From contig NIVC01001978.1 in assembly GCA_002269645.1 (NCBI GenBank), forward strand, positions 62,001 through 126,000: DNA of 64,000 bases. Direction: 5' to 3'. The stretch comes from Macrostomum lignano (Eukaryota). Below the pieces are notes generated by a model. That model ran no database searches. It had not been told where the DNA came from and saw only the letters and a program-made list of their open reading frames with translations. Shown here piece after piece: positions 24,901 through 38,600 of the stretch. A program made the translations under genes and the position numbers. Every line of letters starts with the position of its first letter. Within the stretch, counting starts at the first letter, position 1.

Positions 24901-24936
24901 CCTCTCCTCTTCTCTTCCTCCTCTCTCCTCTCCTCT
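21919..24936. repeat. ~3-kb pure polypyrimidine/polypurine tract, 26-bp unit, in DAW1 intron 1
   Basis: No A or G seen on the + strand over the interval; period 26 (TCCTCTTTCCTCTCCTCTTCTCTTCC). Confidence 0.95.
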
Positions 24937-25127
24937 GGTCCTCCTCTTCTTTGTTCCCTTGGCGACCATTGCCCTAAAATAACCAATTTTCCAAAATGCC
25001 ACATACTTTTCCATTTCTACCTGATTAATCTATTTATGATAAAATATTTCTTTGCAAGTCTGCATGTTATGACTACTTGTTTAAGTTTAGATAATATTTA
25101 ACTTACATAAAAAATCCGGTTTTGTAG

Positions 25128-25200
25128 GAATTATTCTTGAATATGAACAAGGTGGTCAGCTGAAAACCAAAGCGCTTGATTTGCTCGATCTAACGCCTCA
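25128..25200 (+). CDS. DAW1: DAW1 exon 2
   Basis: TTTGTAG|GA...CA|GTGAGT; [24 protein letters not shown]. Confidence 0.9.
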
Positions 25201-25276
25201 GTGAGTACCAATTTTAACTTTTTTGCCTGCAGAATAATTACTAAAATATATCAATTTCATTATTCTTTTGTTTCAG

Positions 25277-25421
25277 TTCCAATGTAGACAGCATCATAGA
25301 GGAGATTGTCCGCAAGGAGCCGCTCATCACGGACAAGCGGGTTCCTCAGCTGCGCGAGTTGGTTGGCAAACTGCAGAAAAAACTGGCCGAGGTCTATGAC
25401 AGCCAGTTCTCCCTGTTCAAG
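25277..25421 (+). CDS. DAW1: DAW1 exon 3
   Basis: TTTCAG|T...AAG|GTGAGG; SNVDSIIEEIVRKEPLIT...LQKKL...FSLFK. Confidence 0.9.
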
Positions 25422-25451
25422 GTGAGGCCGGCTGGCGGCTGATACCCCTTC

Positions 25452-26005
25452 AAGACAGACACAATGATAGACAGAAGGCAGACACAATGTCAGACAGAAG
25501 ACAGACACAATGGCAAACAGAAGACAGACACAATGGCAAACAGAAGACAGACACAATGGCAGACAGAAGTCAGTCACAATGGCAGACAGAAGACAGACAC
25601 AATGGCAGACAGAATGGCAGACAGAAGGCAGACACAATGGCAGACAGAAGGCAGACAGAAGACAGACACAATGACAGACAGAAGGCAGACACAATGGCAG
25701 ACAGAAGGCAGACACAATGTCAGACAGAAGGCAGACACAATGGTGCAGACAGAAGACAGACACAATGACAGACAGAAGGCAGACACAATGGCAGACAGAA
25801 GGCAGACAGAAGGCAGACAGAAGACAGACAGAAGACAGACACAATGGCAGACACAATGGCAGACAGAAGACAGACACAATGGCGGACAGAAGGCAGACAG
25901 AAGGCAGACAGAAGACAGACACAATGGCAGACAGAAGGCAGACACAATGGCAGACAGAAGACAGACACAATGGCGGACAGAAGGCAGACAGAATGGCAGA
26001 CACTT
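25452..26005. repeat. ~23-bp purine-rich tandem repeat (AGACAGAAGGCAGACACAATGGC) filling DAW1 intron 3
   Basis: Direct periodicity. Confidence 0.9.
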
Positions 26006-26099
26006 TTGCATTAATCTGAGCCAATCCATCTTATTAGAAGCTAAACACCGAAAGCAAACAATTCAACCTACAATCAATTTTTCCAACCGCAATGTCCAG

Positions 26100-26699
26100 G
26101 TGCTGCGAGCCCACATCCTGCCATTGACAAACGTAGCCTTCAACAAGAACGGCACGGAGTTCATCACCGGCTCCTACGATCGAACCTGCAAAGTGTGGGA
26201 CACCGGATCTGGCGAGGAGAAATTCACACTAGAAGGTCATCGCAATGTAGTTTACGCCATCGCCTTCAACCTGCCCTACTCTGACAAGATTGGCACTGGT
26301 AGTTTTGATAAAACTGCCAAACTGTGGTCTGCCGAGAGGGGCACACTGCATCACACGTTTCGCGGTCACACAGCTGAGATTGTCACTCTGCAGTTTAATC
26401 CCACCTCTACTATGCTGGGCACTGGCTCAATGGATACTCAAGCTAAGCTGTGGGACGTTGAGACCGGAGTGGAGCTGTGCACATTGAACGGGCACACAGC
26501 CGAAGTGATCGGGATGCAGTTTAGTCAGCAAGGCTCGGACGTTCTAACGGCTAGTTTTGATCACACAGTCTGCCTGTGGGACTCGCGCAGCGGCAAACGA
26601 ACTCAACAGTTGGTCAGTCATACAGCTGAGATCTCCGCCGCCGTGTTCAACTGGGATGCCACTCTGGTGGCTACCGCGTCTATGGACAAGAAAGTCAAG
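26100..26699 (+). CDS. DAW1: DAW1 exon 4 (WD40 repeats)
   Basis: [50 protein letters not shown]..; donor AAG|GTGAGT. Confidence 0.95.
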
Positions 26700-26789
26700 G
26701 TGAGTTCCACATGTTCGATGTGGGGGCTGCTGTGAGGGATAGGGGTCATATAGCGGACAGGTGGGCAACAAAGGTAAATCAATTCTAAA

Positions 26790-27715
26790 TCTCATCCCGC
26801 ATTTCATCTCCAATCTCACCTCCATCTCATCTCCAATTTCACCCCCATTTCATCTTCAATCTCACCTCCGAGATTCTCTTCTCCAATCTCACCTATATCT
26901 CATCTCCAATCTCACCCAAATCTCACCTCCATCTCATCTCCAATCTCACCTCCATCTCATCGCCAATCTCACCTCCATCTCATCTCCAAGTTCACCCCCA
27001 TTTCATCTCCAATCTCACCTCCAATCTCTTCTCCACTCTCACCTATATCTCATCTCCAATCTCACCCAAATCTCACCTCCATCTTATCGCCAATCTCACC
27101 TCCGTCTCACTCCAAATCTTATCTGCATCTCATCTCCAATTGTATCTCAATCTCATATCTAATCTCACCTCCATCTTATCTCCAATCTCAACTTTATGTC
27201 AACCCAAATCTCATCTGCATCGTATCTCTAAACTTAAAAAATCGTACCTCCCGTCTTACCCTAAATATTTTCTGCTTCTCATCTCTAACCTCACCTGCAT
27301 CTCATCTCCAATATCACCTGCATCTCATATCCAATCTCACCTGCATCTCATATCCAATCTCACCTGCATCTCAGCTCCAATCTCACCTGCATCTCATCTC
27401 CAATCTTACCTGCATTTCATCTCCTATCTTATCTTAATCTCATCTTTAATCTCACCTCCATATAATCTCCAATCTCACCTTTATGTCGCCCCAAATCTCA
27501 TCTGCATCGTATCTCTAAACTCCAAAAATGGTACCTCCCGTCTTACCCTAAATCTCACCTGCATCTCATCTCCAGTCTCACCTGCATCTCATCTCCTATC
27601 TAATCTCCAATCTCACTTCCAACCCACCCCAAATCTCACCTTCACCTTCATCTCCAATCTCACCTCTATCTCACTTCCTTTCTTATCCTCAAATCCTACT
27701 TCCATCTCACCCCAA
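26790..27715. repeat. Degenerate ATCTC-based repeat filling DAW1 intron 4
   Basis: Recurrent ATCTCACCTCCATCTCATCTCCA units. Confidence 0.85.
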
Positions 27716-27722
27716 ATGTCAG

Positions 27723-28115
27723 GTGTGGGACGTCCGCCAAGGCCGAGTCATGCAGACCCTGGGCGGTCACGAGGACGAGGTGCTGGACGTGGCCTTCGAC
27801 TTGCCCGGTCACCGCCTCGCCTCGGCCAGCGCGGATGCCACCGGCCGCTGCTGGGACATCCGCGGCAGCTTCCGGTTGCTATGCAAACTTGAAGGCCACG
27901 AAGGCGAAGTCAGCAAGGTGTGCTTCAATCCGCAGGGCACCAGGCTGCTGACTGCGTCAGCTGATAAAACTGCCAGACTGTGGGACTGCGAGACCGGTAA
28001 GCAGACTCAAGCTCTGGAGGGACACACTGACGAAATATTTAGCTGCGCTTTCAACTACGAAGGCAATACGATTATTACTGGCAGCAAGGACAACACCTGC
28101 CGGGTGTGGAAGTGA
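27723..28115 (+). CDS. DAW1: DAW1 exon 5 (terminal); spliced protein 416 aa
   Basis: [62 protein letters not shown]. Exon phases sum in frame (40+73+145+600+393). Confidence 0.95.
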   Translation: MWDVRQGRVMQTLGGHEDEVLDVAFDLPGHRLASASADATGRCWDIRGSFRLLCKLEGHEGEVSKVCFNPQGTRLLTASADKTARLWDCETGKQTQALEGHTDEIFSCAFNYEGNTIITGSKDNTCRVWK

Positions 28116-29012
28116 TGGCCCTGTGTGTTTTGGGACTGAAATTTAATTCAATTCAATATTATTTACGTGTTTTAAAGTAATTTTCTAAATTATAGTAGCA
28201 ATTTGCTTTTTCGCTACTAATAGTAGTTTAACGCTCGCTCGCTCGCCTATAAATCTAATAGAGATAGTAGCGAAGTCAATGGAGAGCATTTTTTGTTTTA
28301 ATCTTTAGTGTTTTACTGTAAAGTAGTTTTTTTCCGGAATTGATTTGGAAATTAAAACAAGATAAATTACAAACTTTTATTAACGTTGTTCTTTAGTTAT
28401 TCTTTATTGTAGTCAATTGTGGAAAACTAAAATAAATTATGAATTGAACTATTTGGCTTATCAGTTTAAGCACCAATTTGTATCGCTAAATTCAATTCGA
28501 TTTCACTTCAATTAATATGTTCCGCCCTTTTCACTGAAATTTTCCTCTTTATTAAAGTTTACAACAGCTAAACTACTCTAATGATAATAATTGTGGCCTT
28601 TATTCTAATTACTTAATCTTTATTCATTCCATTTTTCGTCTTAGAATTTTTTTAGAAGATTTTATTGATAACACAATAACGAAGGATTTGGGTTCCGTCC
28701 AATGCTGTGAACAAATTTATTTAGGAATTTTTGTTTGCTTTCTTGTGCCTTGCTTTAATTTCATTTTATCTTCTTTAATAGTAGCTTTTAATATACATGT
28801 AACTCTGCCGCTTAAACCTTTTGTTATTGTGAAAACCCGAAATACAAATATATATGTAACCTATGTTGGCTAGTGACTTGCTTGGCAATAAATTAAAACA
28901 GTTATATGAGACAAATGTTCTATTATTTAACCCCTATATTGTGCTTGAAATGCAATACAAAAAACTCACTCCTGTGTAAGCCTTCGCAGAGACCTTAAGC
29001 AGCAATAAACAT

Positions 29013-30785
29013 CTCCTGAAGTGGCCATTAGAGACCTCCTGAAGTGGCCATTAGAGACCTCCTGAAGTAACCATTAGAGACCTCCTGAAGTGACCATTAG
29101 AGACCTCCTGAAGTGGCCATAGAGAAGTCCTCAAGTGGCCATTAGAGACCTCCTGAAGTGACCATAGAAACCTGAAGTGATCATAGAGAACTCCTGAAGT
29201 GACCATAGAAACCTGAGGTGACCATAGAGAAGTCCTGAAGTGACCATAGAAACCTGAGGTGACCATAGAGAAGTCCTGAAGTGACCATAGAGAACTCGTG
29301 AATTGGCCATTAGAGACCTCCTGAAGTGGCCATTAGAGACCTCCTGAAGTGGCCATTAGAGACCGCCTGAAGTGGCCATTAGAGATCTCCTGAAGTGGCC
29401 ATTAGAGACCTCCTGAAGTGGCCATTAGAGACCTCCTTAAGTGGCCATTAGAGACCGCCTGAAGTGGCCATTAGAGATCTCCTGAAGTGGCCATTAGAGA
29501 CCTCCTGAAGTGATCATTAGAGACCTCCTGAAGTGGCCATTAGAGACCTCCTGAAGTGGCCATAGAGAAGTCCTGAAGTGGCCATTAGAGACCTCCTGAG
29601 ATGGCCATTAAGAGACATTCTGAAGTGGCCATAGAGAAGTCCTGAAGTGGCCATTAGAGACCTTCTGAAGTGACCATCAGTGACCTCACCATAGAGACCT
29701 CCTGAAGTGACCATTAGAGACCTACTGAAGTGGCCATTAGAGACCTCCTGAAGTGGCCATTAGAGACCTGAAGTGACCATAGAGACCTCCTGAAGTGACC
29801 ATAGAGACCTCCTGAAGTGACCATAGAGATCTCCTGAAGTGGCCATTAGAGACATCCTGAAGTGGCCATAGAGACCTCCTGAAGTGACCATAGAGACCTC
29901 CTGAAGTGACCATTAGAGACCTCCTGAAGTGACCATTAGAGACTTCCAAAGTGACCATTAGAGACTTCCAAAGTGGCCATAAAGACCTTAAGTGGCTATT
30001 AGAGACCTGAAGTGACCATCAAAGGCCTCCCGAAGTGGCCATAAAGACCTAAAGTGACCATAGAGACCTCCTGAAGTGACCATAGAGAAGTCCTAAAGTA
30101 GCCATTAAGAGACCTCTTGAAGTGGCCATTGAGAAGTCCTGAAGTAGCCATTAAGAGACCTCCTGAAGTGGCCATAGAGAAGTCCTGAAGTTGCCATTAG
30201 AGACCTCCTGAAGTGACCATCAGTGACCTCACCATAGAGACCTCCTGAAGTGACCATTAGAGACCTCCTAAAGTGGCCATTAGAGACCTGAAGTGACCAT
30301 AGAGACCTGAAGTGACCATAGAGACCCCCTGAAGTGACCATAGAGAAGTCCTGAAGTAGCCATTAAGAGACCTCCTGAAGTGGCCATAGAGATCTCCTGA
30401 AGTGACCATTAGAGACTTCCAAAGTGGCCATAAAGACCTAAAGTGACCATAGAGACCCCCTGAAGTGACCATAGAGACCTCCTGAAGTGACCATAATGAC
30501 CTCCTGAAGTGACCATGAGACCTCCTGAAGTGACCATAGAAGACTTCTGAAGTGACCATAGAGACCTCCTGAAGTGACCATAGAAGACTTCTGAAGTGAC
30601 CATAGAGACCTCCTGAAGTGACCATAGAGAACTCCTGAAGTGACCATAGAGACCTCCTGAAGTGACCATAGAGAACTCCTGAAGTGACCATAGAGACCTC
30701 CTGAAGTGACTATAGAAGACTCCTGAAGTGACCATAGAGACCTCCTGAAGTGACCATAGAAGACTCCTGAAGTGGCCATAGAGAA
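29013..30785. repeat. ~19-23-bp tandem repeat (GAGACCTCCTGAAGTGGCCATTA)
   Basis: Direct periodicity, intergenic. Confidence 0.92.
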
Positions 30786-30914
30786 CTGAGGCACTACACA
30801 GACCTGGAGAATGCACTTTCTAATCCTGAATTTGTCATCAAAGCGACTACTTTAAAAAATCTCCAAAAACTGTCTGAAATCGCATTTTCTGATTAACACA
30901 TACAATCTGTCTCC

Positions 30915-31360
30915 ATGGAAACGCAACAACAACAGCCGCAACAGCATCAGCCTCTATTAATATTCACCTATGGCACATTGAAATCCGACCAACCGAACTG
31001 ATTCAGAATGCAACAAATCGGCGCTAAATTATTGGGCACTGCGAAAACCGTGAAGCCCTATCCGTTAGTGATTGCGTCAGAGTATAACATACCAGCTCTG
31101 TTGGACTATCCGGGTATGGGTCATCGAGTTCGGGGCGAGTTGTACGCTGTTCGAGACTCGACTAGAGTTGACGAATTCGAGGGACACCCTGAGCAGTACA
31201 GACGGGCTAAAATTATCGTTGAACTCATTGAATTGGCTAAAACTCCTGGAGCAGAGTCTGAGTTCGGGGCTGGCATTGGCGGTTCAGGATCTATCGAGTG
31301 TGATTGCTATTTTCTGCAGAGACCTAGGGAGCACCTGTTGTTGCTGCCCACTGTGCCCAG
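30915..31360 (+). pseudogene. GGACT: Gamma-glutamylaminecyclotransferase-like paralogue 1, exon 1 (in-frame TGA at 30999-31001)
   Basis: LIFTYGTLKSDQPN*...GTAKTVKPYPLVIASEYNIPALL..PGMGHRVRGELY..DEFEGHP..Y; donor CCCAG|GTCAGT. Confidence 0.8.
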
Positions 31361-31419
31361 GTCAGTTCAGGCTTGGTTTGGCGTTAGATTGAGTCAATCT
31401 GCCAGTGGAAGAAAAATTA

Positions 31420-31815
31420 AGTGGTGATGGAGTGAGAATGAGAAATCTATTGAATATAGAGTGGCCAGGGTGTGAAAGACAGAGTGGTGATGAGAGAGAG
31501 AGAGTGAGTGATGAGAAGCAGAGTGAGTGGTGAGAGGCAGAGTGAGTGGTGAGAGGCAGAGTGAATGGTGAGAGGCAGAGAGAGTGGTGAGAGGCAGAGT
31601 GAATGGTGAGAGGCAGAGTGAGTGGGGAGAGGGAGAGTGAATGGTGAGAGGGAGAGTGAATGGTGAGAGGCAGAGTGAGTGGTGAGAGGCAGAGTGAATG
31701 GTGAGAGGCAGAGTGAGTGGTGAGAGGCAGAGTGAATGGTGAGAGGGAGAGTGAATGGTGAGAGGGAGAGAGAGTGGTGAGAGGGAGAGAGAGTGGTGAA
31801 GGGGAGAGAGAGTGG
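31420..31815. repeat. 19-bp purine-rich repeat (GAGAGGCAGAGTGAGTGGT) in the GGACT-1 intron
   Basis: Direct periodicity. Confidence 0.88.
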
Positions 31816-31873
31816 CAAATATATCCCAGGAGGGCACAGCAAGATAACAGCCAAGTCTTACTTGTTTTCTCAG

Positions 31874-32012
31874 GTATTACGACGGCGTCCTGGGTCTGCC
31901 GTTTATGCCCAGAATCATTGGCCCCAGCGCCATCAACCGGCGTCAAGAGATCATGGCTCAAATGCAGCATCCCAAAGGATGCGACCGTGTGGAAGAAAGT
32001 GCAACTTCCTGA
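31874..32012 (+). CDS. GGACT: GGACT-like paralogue 1, exon 2
   Basis: TTTTCTCAG|G; (R)YYDGVLGLPFMPR...ATS*. Phase 2 matches exon 1. Confidence 0.7.
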
Positions 32013-32084
32013 CGTCTTTTGGTTGGCATATTTGTTTGTTTTGTCGCTTTTGCCATGCAAAAACTGTATTATTATTTGGTGCCC

Positions 32085-33345
32085 CAAATTTCTTTTTTAG
32101 CCCCCCAACTGTCTTCATTTGACGCCCCCAAGTGTCTTTGTTTGGCGCCCCCCAACTGTCTTCATTTGGCGCCCCCAACTGTCTTCATTTGGCGCCCCCA
32201 ACTGTCTTCATTTGGCGCCCCCAACTGTCTTCATTTGGTGCCCCAACTGTCTTCATTTGGCGCCCCCAACTGTCTTCATTTGGCGCCCCTAAGTGTCTTC
32301 ATTTGGCGCCCCTAAGTGTCTTTGTTTGGCGCCCCCAACTGTCTTCATTTGGCGCCCCCAACTGTCTTCATTTGGCGCCCCCAACTTTCTTCATTTGGTA
32401 CCCCCAAGTGCCTTTGTTTGGCGCCCCCAAGTGTCTTTGTTTGGCGCCCCCAAGTGTCTTTGTTTGGCGCCCCCAACTGTCTTCATTTGGCGCCCCCAAC
32501 TGTCTTCATTTGGTGCCCCCAACTGTCTTCATTTGGTGCCCCCAACTGTCTTCATTTGGCGCCCCCAACTGTCTTCATTTGGCGCCCCTAAGTGTCTTCA
32601 TTTGGCGCCCCAACTGTCTTCATTTGGCGCCCCAAGTGTCTTTATTTAGCGCCCCCAAGTGTCTTTATTTAGCGCCCCCAACTGTCTTCATTTGGTGCCC
32701 CCAACTGTCTTCATTTGGCACCCCCCAACTGTCTTCATTTGGCGCCCCCAAGTGTCTTCATTTGGCGCCCCCAACTGTCTTTATTTAGCGCCCCCAAGTG
32801 TCTTTATTTAGCGCCCCCAAGTGTCTTTATTTAGCGCCCCCAAGTGTCTTTATTTAGCGCCCCCAACTGTCTTCATTTGGTGCCCCCAACTGTCTTCATT
32901 TGGCACCCCCCAACTGTCTTCATTTGGCGCCCCCAAGTGTCTTCATTTGGCGCCCCCAACTGTCTTTATTTAGCGCCCCCAAGTGTCTTTATTTAGCGCC
33001 CCCAAGTGTCTTTATTTAGCGCCCCCAACTGTCTTCATTTGGTGCCCCCAACTGTCTTCATTTGGTGCCCCCAACTGTCTTCATTTGGTGCCCCCAACTG
33101 TCTTCATTTGGTGCCCCCAACTATCTTCATTTGGCGCCCCCAACTGTCTTCATTTGGCGCCCCCAACTGTCTTCATTTGGTGCCCCCAACTGTCTTCATT
33201 TGGCGCCCCTAAGTGTCTTCATTTGGCGCCCCAACTGTCTTCATTTGGCGCCCCCAAGTGTCTTCATTTGGTGCCCCCAACTGTCTTCATTTGGTGCCCC
33301 CAACTGTCTTCATTTGGCGCCCCCAACTGTCTTCATTTGGCGCCC
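32085..33345. repeat. 21-22-bp tandem repeat (TTGGCGCCCCCAACTGTCTTCAT)
   Basis: Direct periodicity. Confidence 0.93.
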
Positions 33346-33744
33346 TAACAATCATCTAAAATCCCAGTCAATATTACACAGCAAACATTTCTTGTTTTAA
33401 AGCTTCAATCGAATTTTTTAAACACAAGTTTATATCAAGCTGCTTCCACATCAAACTGGGTATCACTGCTTTTGTTATATTCAGATGCTCAATCTAGAAT
33501 CGGAACATGTAAATTCTGATATTCTAAATATCTGTGTTATTCTTGTAAATCAGATTTGTGCTATTTTTTCATATTAACATACGATTTCTACCGCTGCCAT
33601 TATATCGAAGAATGTTTTTACATGGTTGAAATTTTGTTTGCAAAATAAACGGTTTAACTACTTAAAGTGGAGAAAAGCTAGTTGCTTGGTTGAAAAAATC
33701 ATGTTCATTAACTTCTTCCTGATGGTAGAATTAATTCAAGAATA

Positions 33745-36700
33745 TTCACAATCTAGAACCTTCACAATCTAGAATCTTCACAATCTATAATTTTCACAAT
33801 CTAGAATCTTCACAATCTAGAACCTTCACAATCTAGAACCTTCACAATCTAGAACCTTCACAATCTAGAATCTTCACAATCTAGATTATTTACAACCTAG
33901 AATCTTCACAATCTAGAACCTTCACAATCTAGAATCTTCACAATCTAGAACCTTCACAATCTAGAATCTTCAAAATCTAGAACCTTCACAATCTAGAATC
34001 TTCACAATCTAGAACCTTCACAATCTAGAATCTTCACAATCTAGAATCTTCACAATCTAGAACCTTCACAATCTAGAACCTTCACAATTTAGAATCTTCA
34101 CAATCTAGAATCTTCACAATCTAGAATCTTCACAATCTAGAACCTTCACAATCTAGAATCTTCACAATCTAGAACCTTCACAATCGAGAATCTTCACAAT
34201 CTAGAACCTTCACAATCGAGAATCTTAACAATCTAGAACCTTCACAATCTAGAATCTTCACAATCTAGAACCTTCATAATCTAGAATCTTCACAATCTAG
34301 AATCTTTACAATCTAGAGCCTTCATAATCTAGAATCTTCAAAATCTAGAATCTTCACAATCTAGAATCTTCACAATCTAGAGCCTTCATAATCTAGAATC
34401 TTCAAAATCTAGAATCTTTACAATCTAGAGCCTTCACAATCTAGAATCATCACAATCTAGAGCCTTCACAATCTAGAATCATCACAATCTAGAACCTTCA
34501 CAATCTAGAATCTTCAAACTTCACAATCTAGAATCTTCACAATCTAGAACCTTCGCAATCTAGAATCTTCAAACTTCACAATCTAGAATCTTCACAATCT
34601 AGATTCTTTACAATCTAGAATCTTCACAATCTAGAATCTTCACAATCTAGAATCTTCACAATCTAGAATCTTCAAACTTCACAATCTAGAATCTTCAAAC
34701 TTCACAATCTAGAATCTTCACAATCTAGAATCTTCACAATCTAGAATCTTCACAATCTAGAATCTTCAAACTTCACAATCTAGAATCTTCACAATCTAGA
34801 ACCTTCACAATCTAGAACCTTCACAATCTAGAACCTTCACAATCTAGAATCTTCACAATCTAGAACCTTCACAATCTAGAATCTTCACAATCTAGAACCT
34901 TCACAATCTAGAATCTTCACAATCTAGAACCTTTACAATCTAGAATCTTCACAATCTAGAATCTTCACAATCTAGAACCTTTACAATCTAGAACCTTCAC
35001 AATCTAGAACCTTCACAATCTAGAATCTTCACAATCTAGAACCTTCACAATCTAGAATCTTCACAATCTAGAACCTTCACAATCTAGAACCTTTACAATC
35101 TAGAACCTTCACAATCTAGAATCTTTACAATCTAGAACCTTCACAATCTAGAATCTTCATAATCTAGAATCTTCAAAATCTAGAATCTTCACAATCTAGA
35201 ATCTTTACAATCTAGAACCTTCACAATCTAGAACCTTCATAATCTAGAATCTTCACAATCTAGAATCTTTACAATCTAGAGCCTTCATAATCTAGAATCT
35301 TCAAAATCTAGAATCTTCACAATCTAGAATCTTCACAATCTAGAGCCTTCATAATCTAGAATCTTCAAAATCTAGAATCTTCACAATCTAGAATCTTCAC
35401 AATCTAGAATCATCACAATCTAGAGCCTTCACAATCTAGAATCATCACAATCTAGAACCTTCACAATCTAGAGTCTTCACAATCTAGAATCTTCACAATC
35501 TAGAACCTTCACAATCTAGAATCTTCAAACTTCACAATCTAGAATCTTCACAATCTAGAACCTTCACAATCTAGAGTCTTCACAATCTAGAATCTTCACA
35601 ATCTAGAATTTTCACAATCTAGAATCTTCACACTTCACAATCTAGAATCTTCACAATCTAGAACCTTCGCAATCTAGAATCTTCAAACTTCACAATCTAG
35701 AATCTTCACAATCTAGAATCTTCACAATCTAGAATCTTCACAATCTAGAATCTTCAAACTTCACAATCTAGAATCTTCAAACTTCACAATCTAGAATCTT
35801 CACAATCTAGAATCTTCACAATCTAGAATCTTCACAATCTAGAATCTTCAAACTTCACAATCTAGAATCTTCACAATCTAGAACCTTCACAATCTAGAAC
35901 CTTCACAATCTAGAACCTTCACAATCTAGAATCTTCACAATCTAGAACCTTCACAATCTAGAATCTTCACAATCTAGAACCTTCACAATCTAGAATCTTC
36001 ACAATCTAGAACCTTTACAATCTAGAATCTTCACAATCTAGAATCTTCACAATCTAGAACCTTTACAATCTAGAACCTTCACAATCTAGAACCTTCACAA
36101 TCTAGAATCTTCACAATCTAGAACCTTCACAATCTAGAATCTTCACAATCTAGAACCTTCACAATCTAGAACCTTTACAATCTAGAACCTTCACAATCTA
36201 GAATCTTTACAATCTAGAACCTTCACAATCTAGAATCTTTACAATCTAGAATCTTCAAAATCTAGAATCTTCACAATCTAGAATCTTCACAATCTAGAAC
36301 CTTCACAATCTAGAATCTTTACAATCTAGAACCTTCACAATCTAGAATCTTCACAATCTAGATTCTTTACAATCTAGAATCTTCACAATCTAGAATCTTC
36401 ACAATCTAGATTCTTTACAATCTAGAATCTTCACAATCTAGAATCTTCACAATCTAGAATCTTCACAATCTAGAATCATCACAATCTAGAATCTTCACAA
36501 TCTAGAATCTTCACAATCTAGAACCTTCACAATCTAGAATCTTTACAATCTAGAACCTTCACAATCTAGAATCTTCACAATCTAGATTCTTTACAATCTA
36601 GAATCTTCACAATCTAGAATCTTCACAATCTAGATTCTTTACAATCTAGAATCTTCACAATCTAGAATCTTCACAATCTAGAATCTTCACAATCTAGAAT

Positions 36701-37285
36701 CATCACAATCTAGAATCTTCACAATCTAGAATCTTCACAATCTAGAACCTTCACAATCTAGAATCTTTACAATCTAGAACCTTCACAATCTAGAATCTTC
36801 ACAATCTAGATTCTTTACAATCTAGAATCTTCACAATCTAGAATCTTCACAATCTAGATTCTTTACAATCTAGAATCTTCACAATCTAGAATCTTCACAA
36901 TCTAGAATCTTCACAATCTAGAATCTTCACAATCTAGAATCTTCACAATCTAGAACCTTCACAATCTAGAATCTTCACAATCTAGAATCTTCACAATCTA
37001 GAATCTTCACAATCTAGAGCCTTCATAATCTAGAATCTTCACAATCTAGAATCTTCACAATCTAGAATCTTCACAATCTAGAATCTTCACAATCTAGAAC
37101 CTTCATAATCTAGAATCTTCACAATCTAGAATCTTTACAATCTAGAGCCTTCATAATCTAGAATCTTCACAGTCTAGAATCTTCACAATCTAGAACCTTC
37201 ACAATCTAGAACCTTCACAATCTAGAATCTTCACAATCTAGAACCTTCACAATCTAGAATCTTCATAATCTAGAATATTCACAGC
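33745..37285. repeat. 16-bp tandem satellite (TCTAGAATCTTCACAA), ~3.5 kb
   Basis: About 220 copies by length/period, most with a TCTAGA core. Confidence 0.96.
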
Positions 37286-37447
37286 CTAAAATCTTCACTA
37301 AATTACTTGCTATAAATTACTTTAAGATGGAGAATTTTATAATCTGTTAAACGAAGCTGTACATAACTCAAGGTTAAAATTTCTGATATCATTAACAACA
37401 TGCACTTTCATGCCTTATCTAGGGAACTTCTAACTGTCTCCTGCACA

Positions 37448-37687
37448 ATGTCCTCAGACAAGCATCTGGTATTCGTGTATGGCACACTGAAGCGCGATAA
37501 TTTTAATCATCGCCTGTTAACCGACGCCGAATTTATTGGAACCGCGGTTACTAAGGAGCCTTATCCTCTGGTGATTGCCAGTCGGTATAATATTCCATTT
37601 TTGCTTCCCTATGCCGGTCAGGGTCACCGGGTTACTGGGGAGGTCTACAATGTCAACTCTGAGCAGTTGAAGAACCTGGATTATCTG
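37448..37687 (+). CDS. GGACT: GGACT-like paralogue 2, exon 1
   Basis: MSSDKHLVFVYGTLKRDNFNH..GTAVTKEPYPLVIASRYNIPFLL..GQGHRVTGEVY..LDYL|GTAAGT. Confidence 0.9.
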
Positions 37688-37874
37688 GTAAGTCTGGGTT
37701 CAAATAAAGGATCTTTGATAAGAATCGTCGAAAATAATACTTGGACACTCAAATGAAAAGTCATGAAGCGCTTTTGACGGGTGATAATTTTTAGTCCATT
37801 CGAGTAATAGCTCGGCAGGCAGACAAAAAAGTGCGCAGCAAACCAACGAAAAAACACCTCAATCTTTATTTTAG

Positions 37875-38600
37875 TCTAGTCTAGTCTAGTCTAGTCCAGT
37901 TTAGTTCTAATTTACGCTCGTAGTATAGTTTTAATCTAGTCTTGTCTGGTTCTAATCAAGTCTAGTCAAGTTCTTATCTAGTCTAGTCTAGTTCTAAGGT
38001 AGTCTAGTCTAGTTCTAATCTAGTATAGTCTAGTTCTAATCCAGTCTAGTCTAGTTCTAATCTACTCGTAGTATAGTTTTAATCTAGTCTAGTCTGGTTC
38101 TAATCAAGTCTAGTCAAGTTCTTATCTAGTATAGTCTAGTTCTAATCTAGTCTAGTCTAGTTCTAATCTAGTCTAGTCTAGTTCTAATCTAGTCTAGTCT
38201 AGTTCTAATCTAGTATAGTTTTAATCTAGTCTAGTCTGGTTCTAATCAAGTCTAGTCAAGTTCTTATCTAGTCTAGTCTAGTTCTAAGTTAGTCTAGTCT
38301 AGTTTTAATCTAGTCTAGTCTGGTTCTAATCAAGTCTAGTCAAGTTCTTATCTAGTCTAGTCTAGTTCTAAGCTAGTCTAGTCTAGTTCTAATCTAGTAT
38401 AGTCTAGTTCTAATCCAGTATAGTCTAGTTCTAATCCAGTCTAGTCTAGTTCTAATCTAGTCTAGTCTAGTTCTAAGCTAGTCTAGTCTAGTTCTAATCT
38501 AGTCTAGTCTAGTTCTAATCTAGTCTAGTCTAGTTCTAATCTAGTCTAGTCTTGTTCTAATCTAGTATAGTCTAGTTCTAATCTAGTCTAGTCTAGTCTG
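37875..38600. repeat. (CTAGT)n-derived repeat in the GGACT-2 intron
   Basis: TCTAGTCTAGTTCTAA units. Confidence 0.9.

Noticed and set aside
21777-25101. Three >1000-aa R/E/K/G-rich or S/L/P/F-rich ORFs
   Set aside because: Artefact of the purine-free tract, which cannot form stop codons; the region is DAW1 intron 1.
30999-31001. TGA as selenocysteine in GGACT paralogue 1
   Set aside because: It aligns to His, not Cys; I saw no SECIS-like hairpin downstream; the family is not a known selenoprotein family.
33745-37285. Regular repeat arrays as CRISPR
   Set aside because: No unique spacers, no cas genes, eukaryotic context. The same applies to all other arrays in the window.
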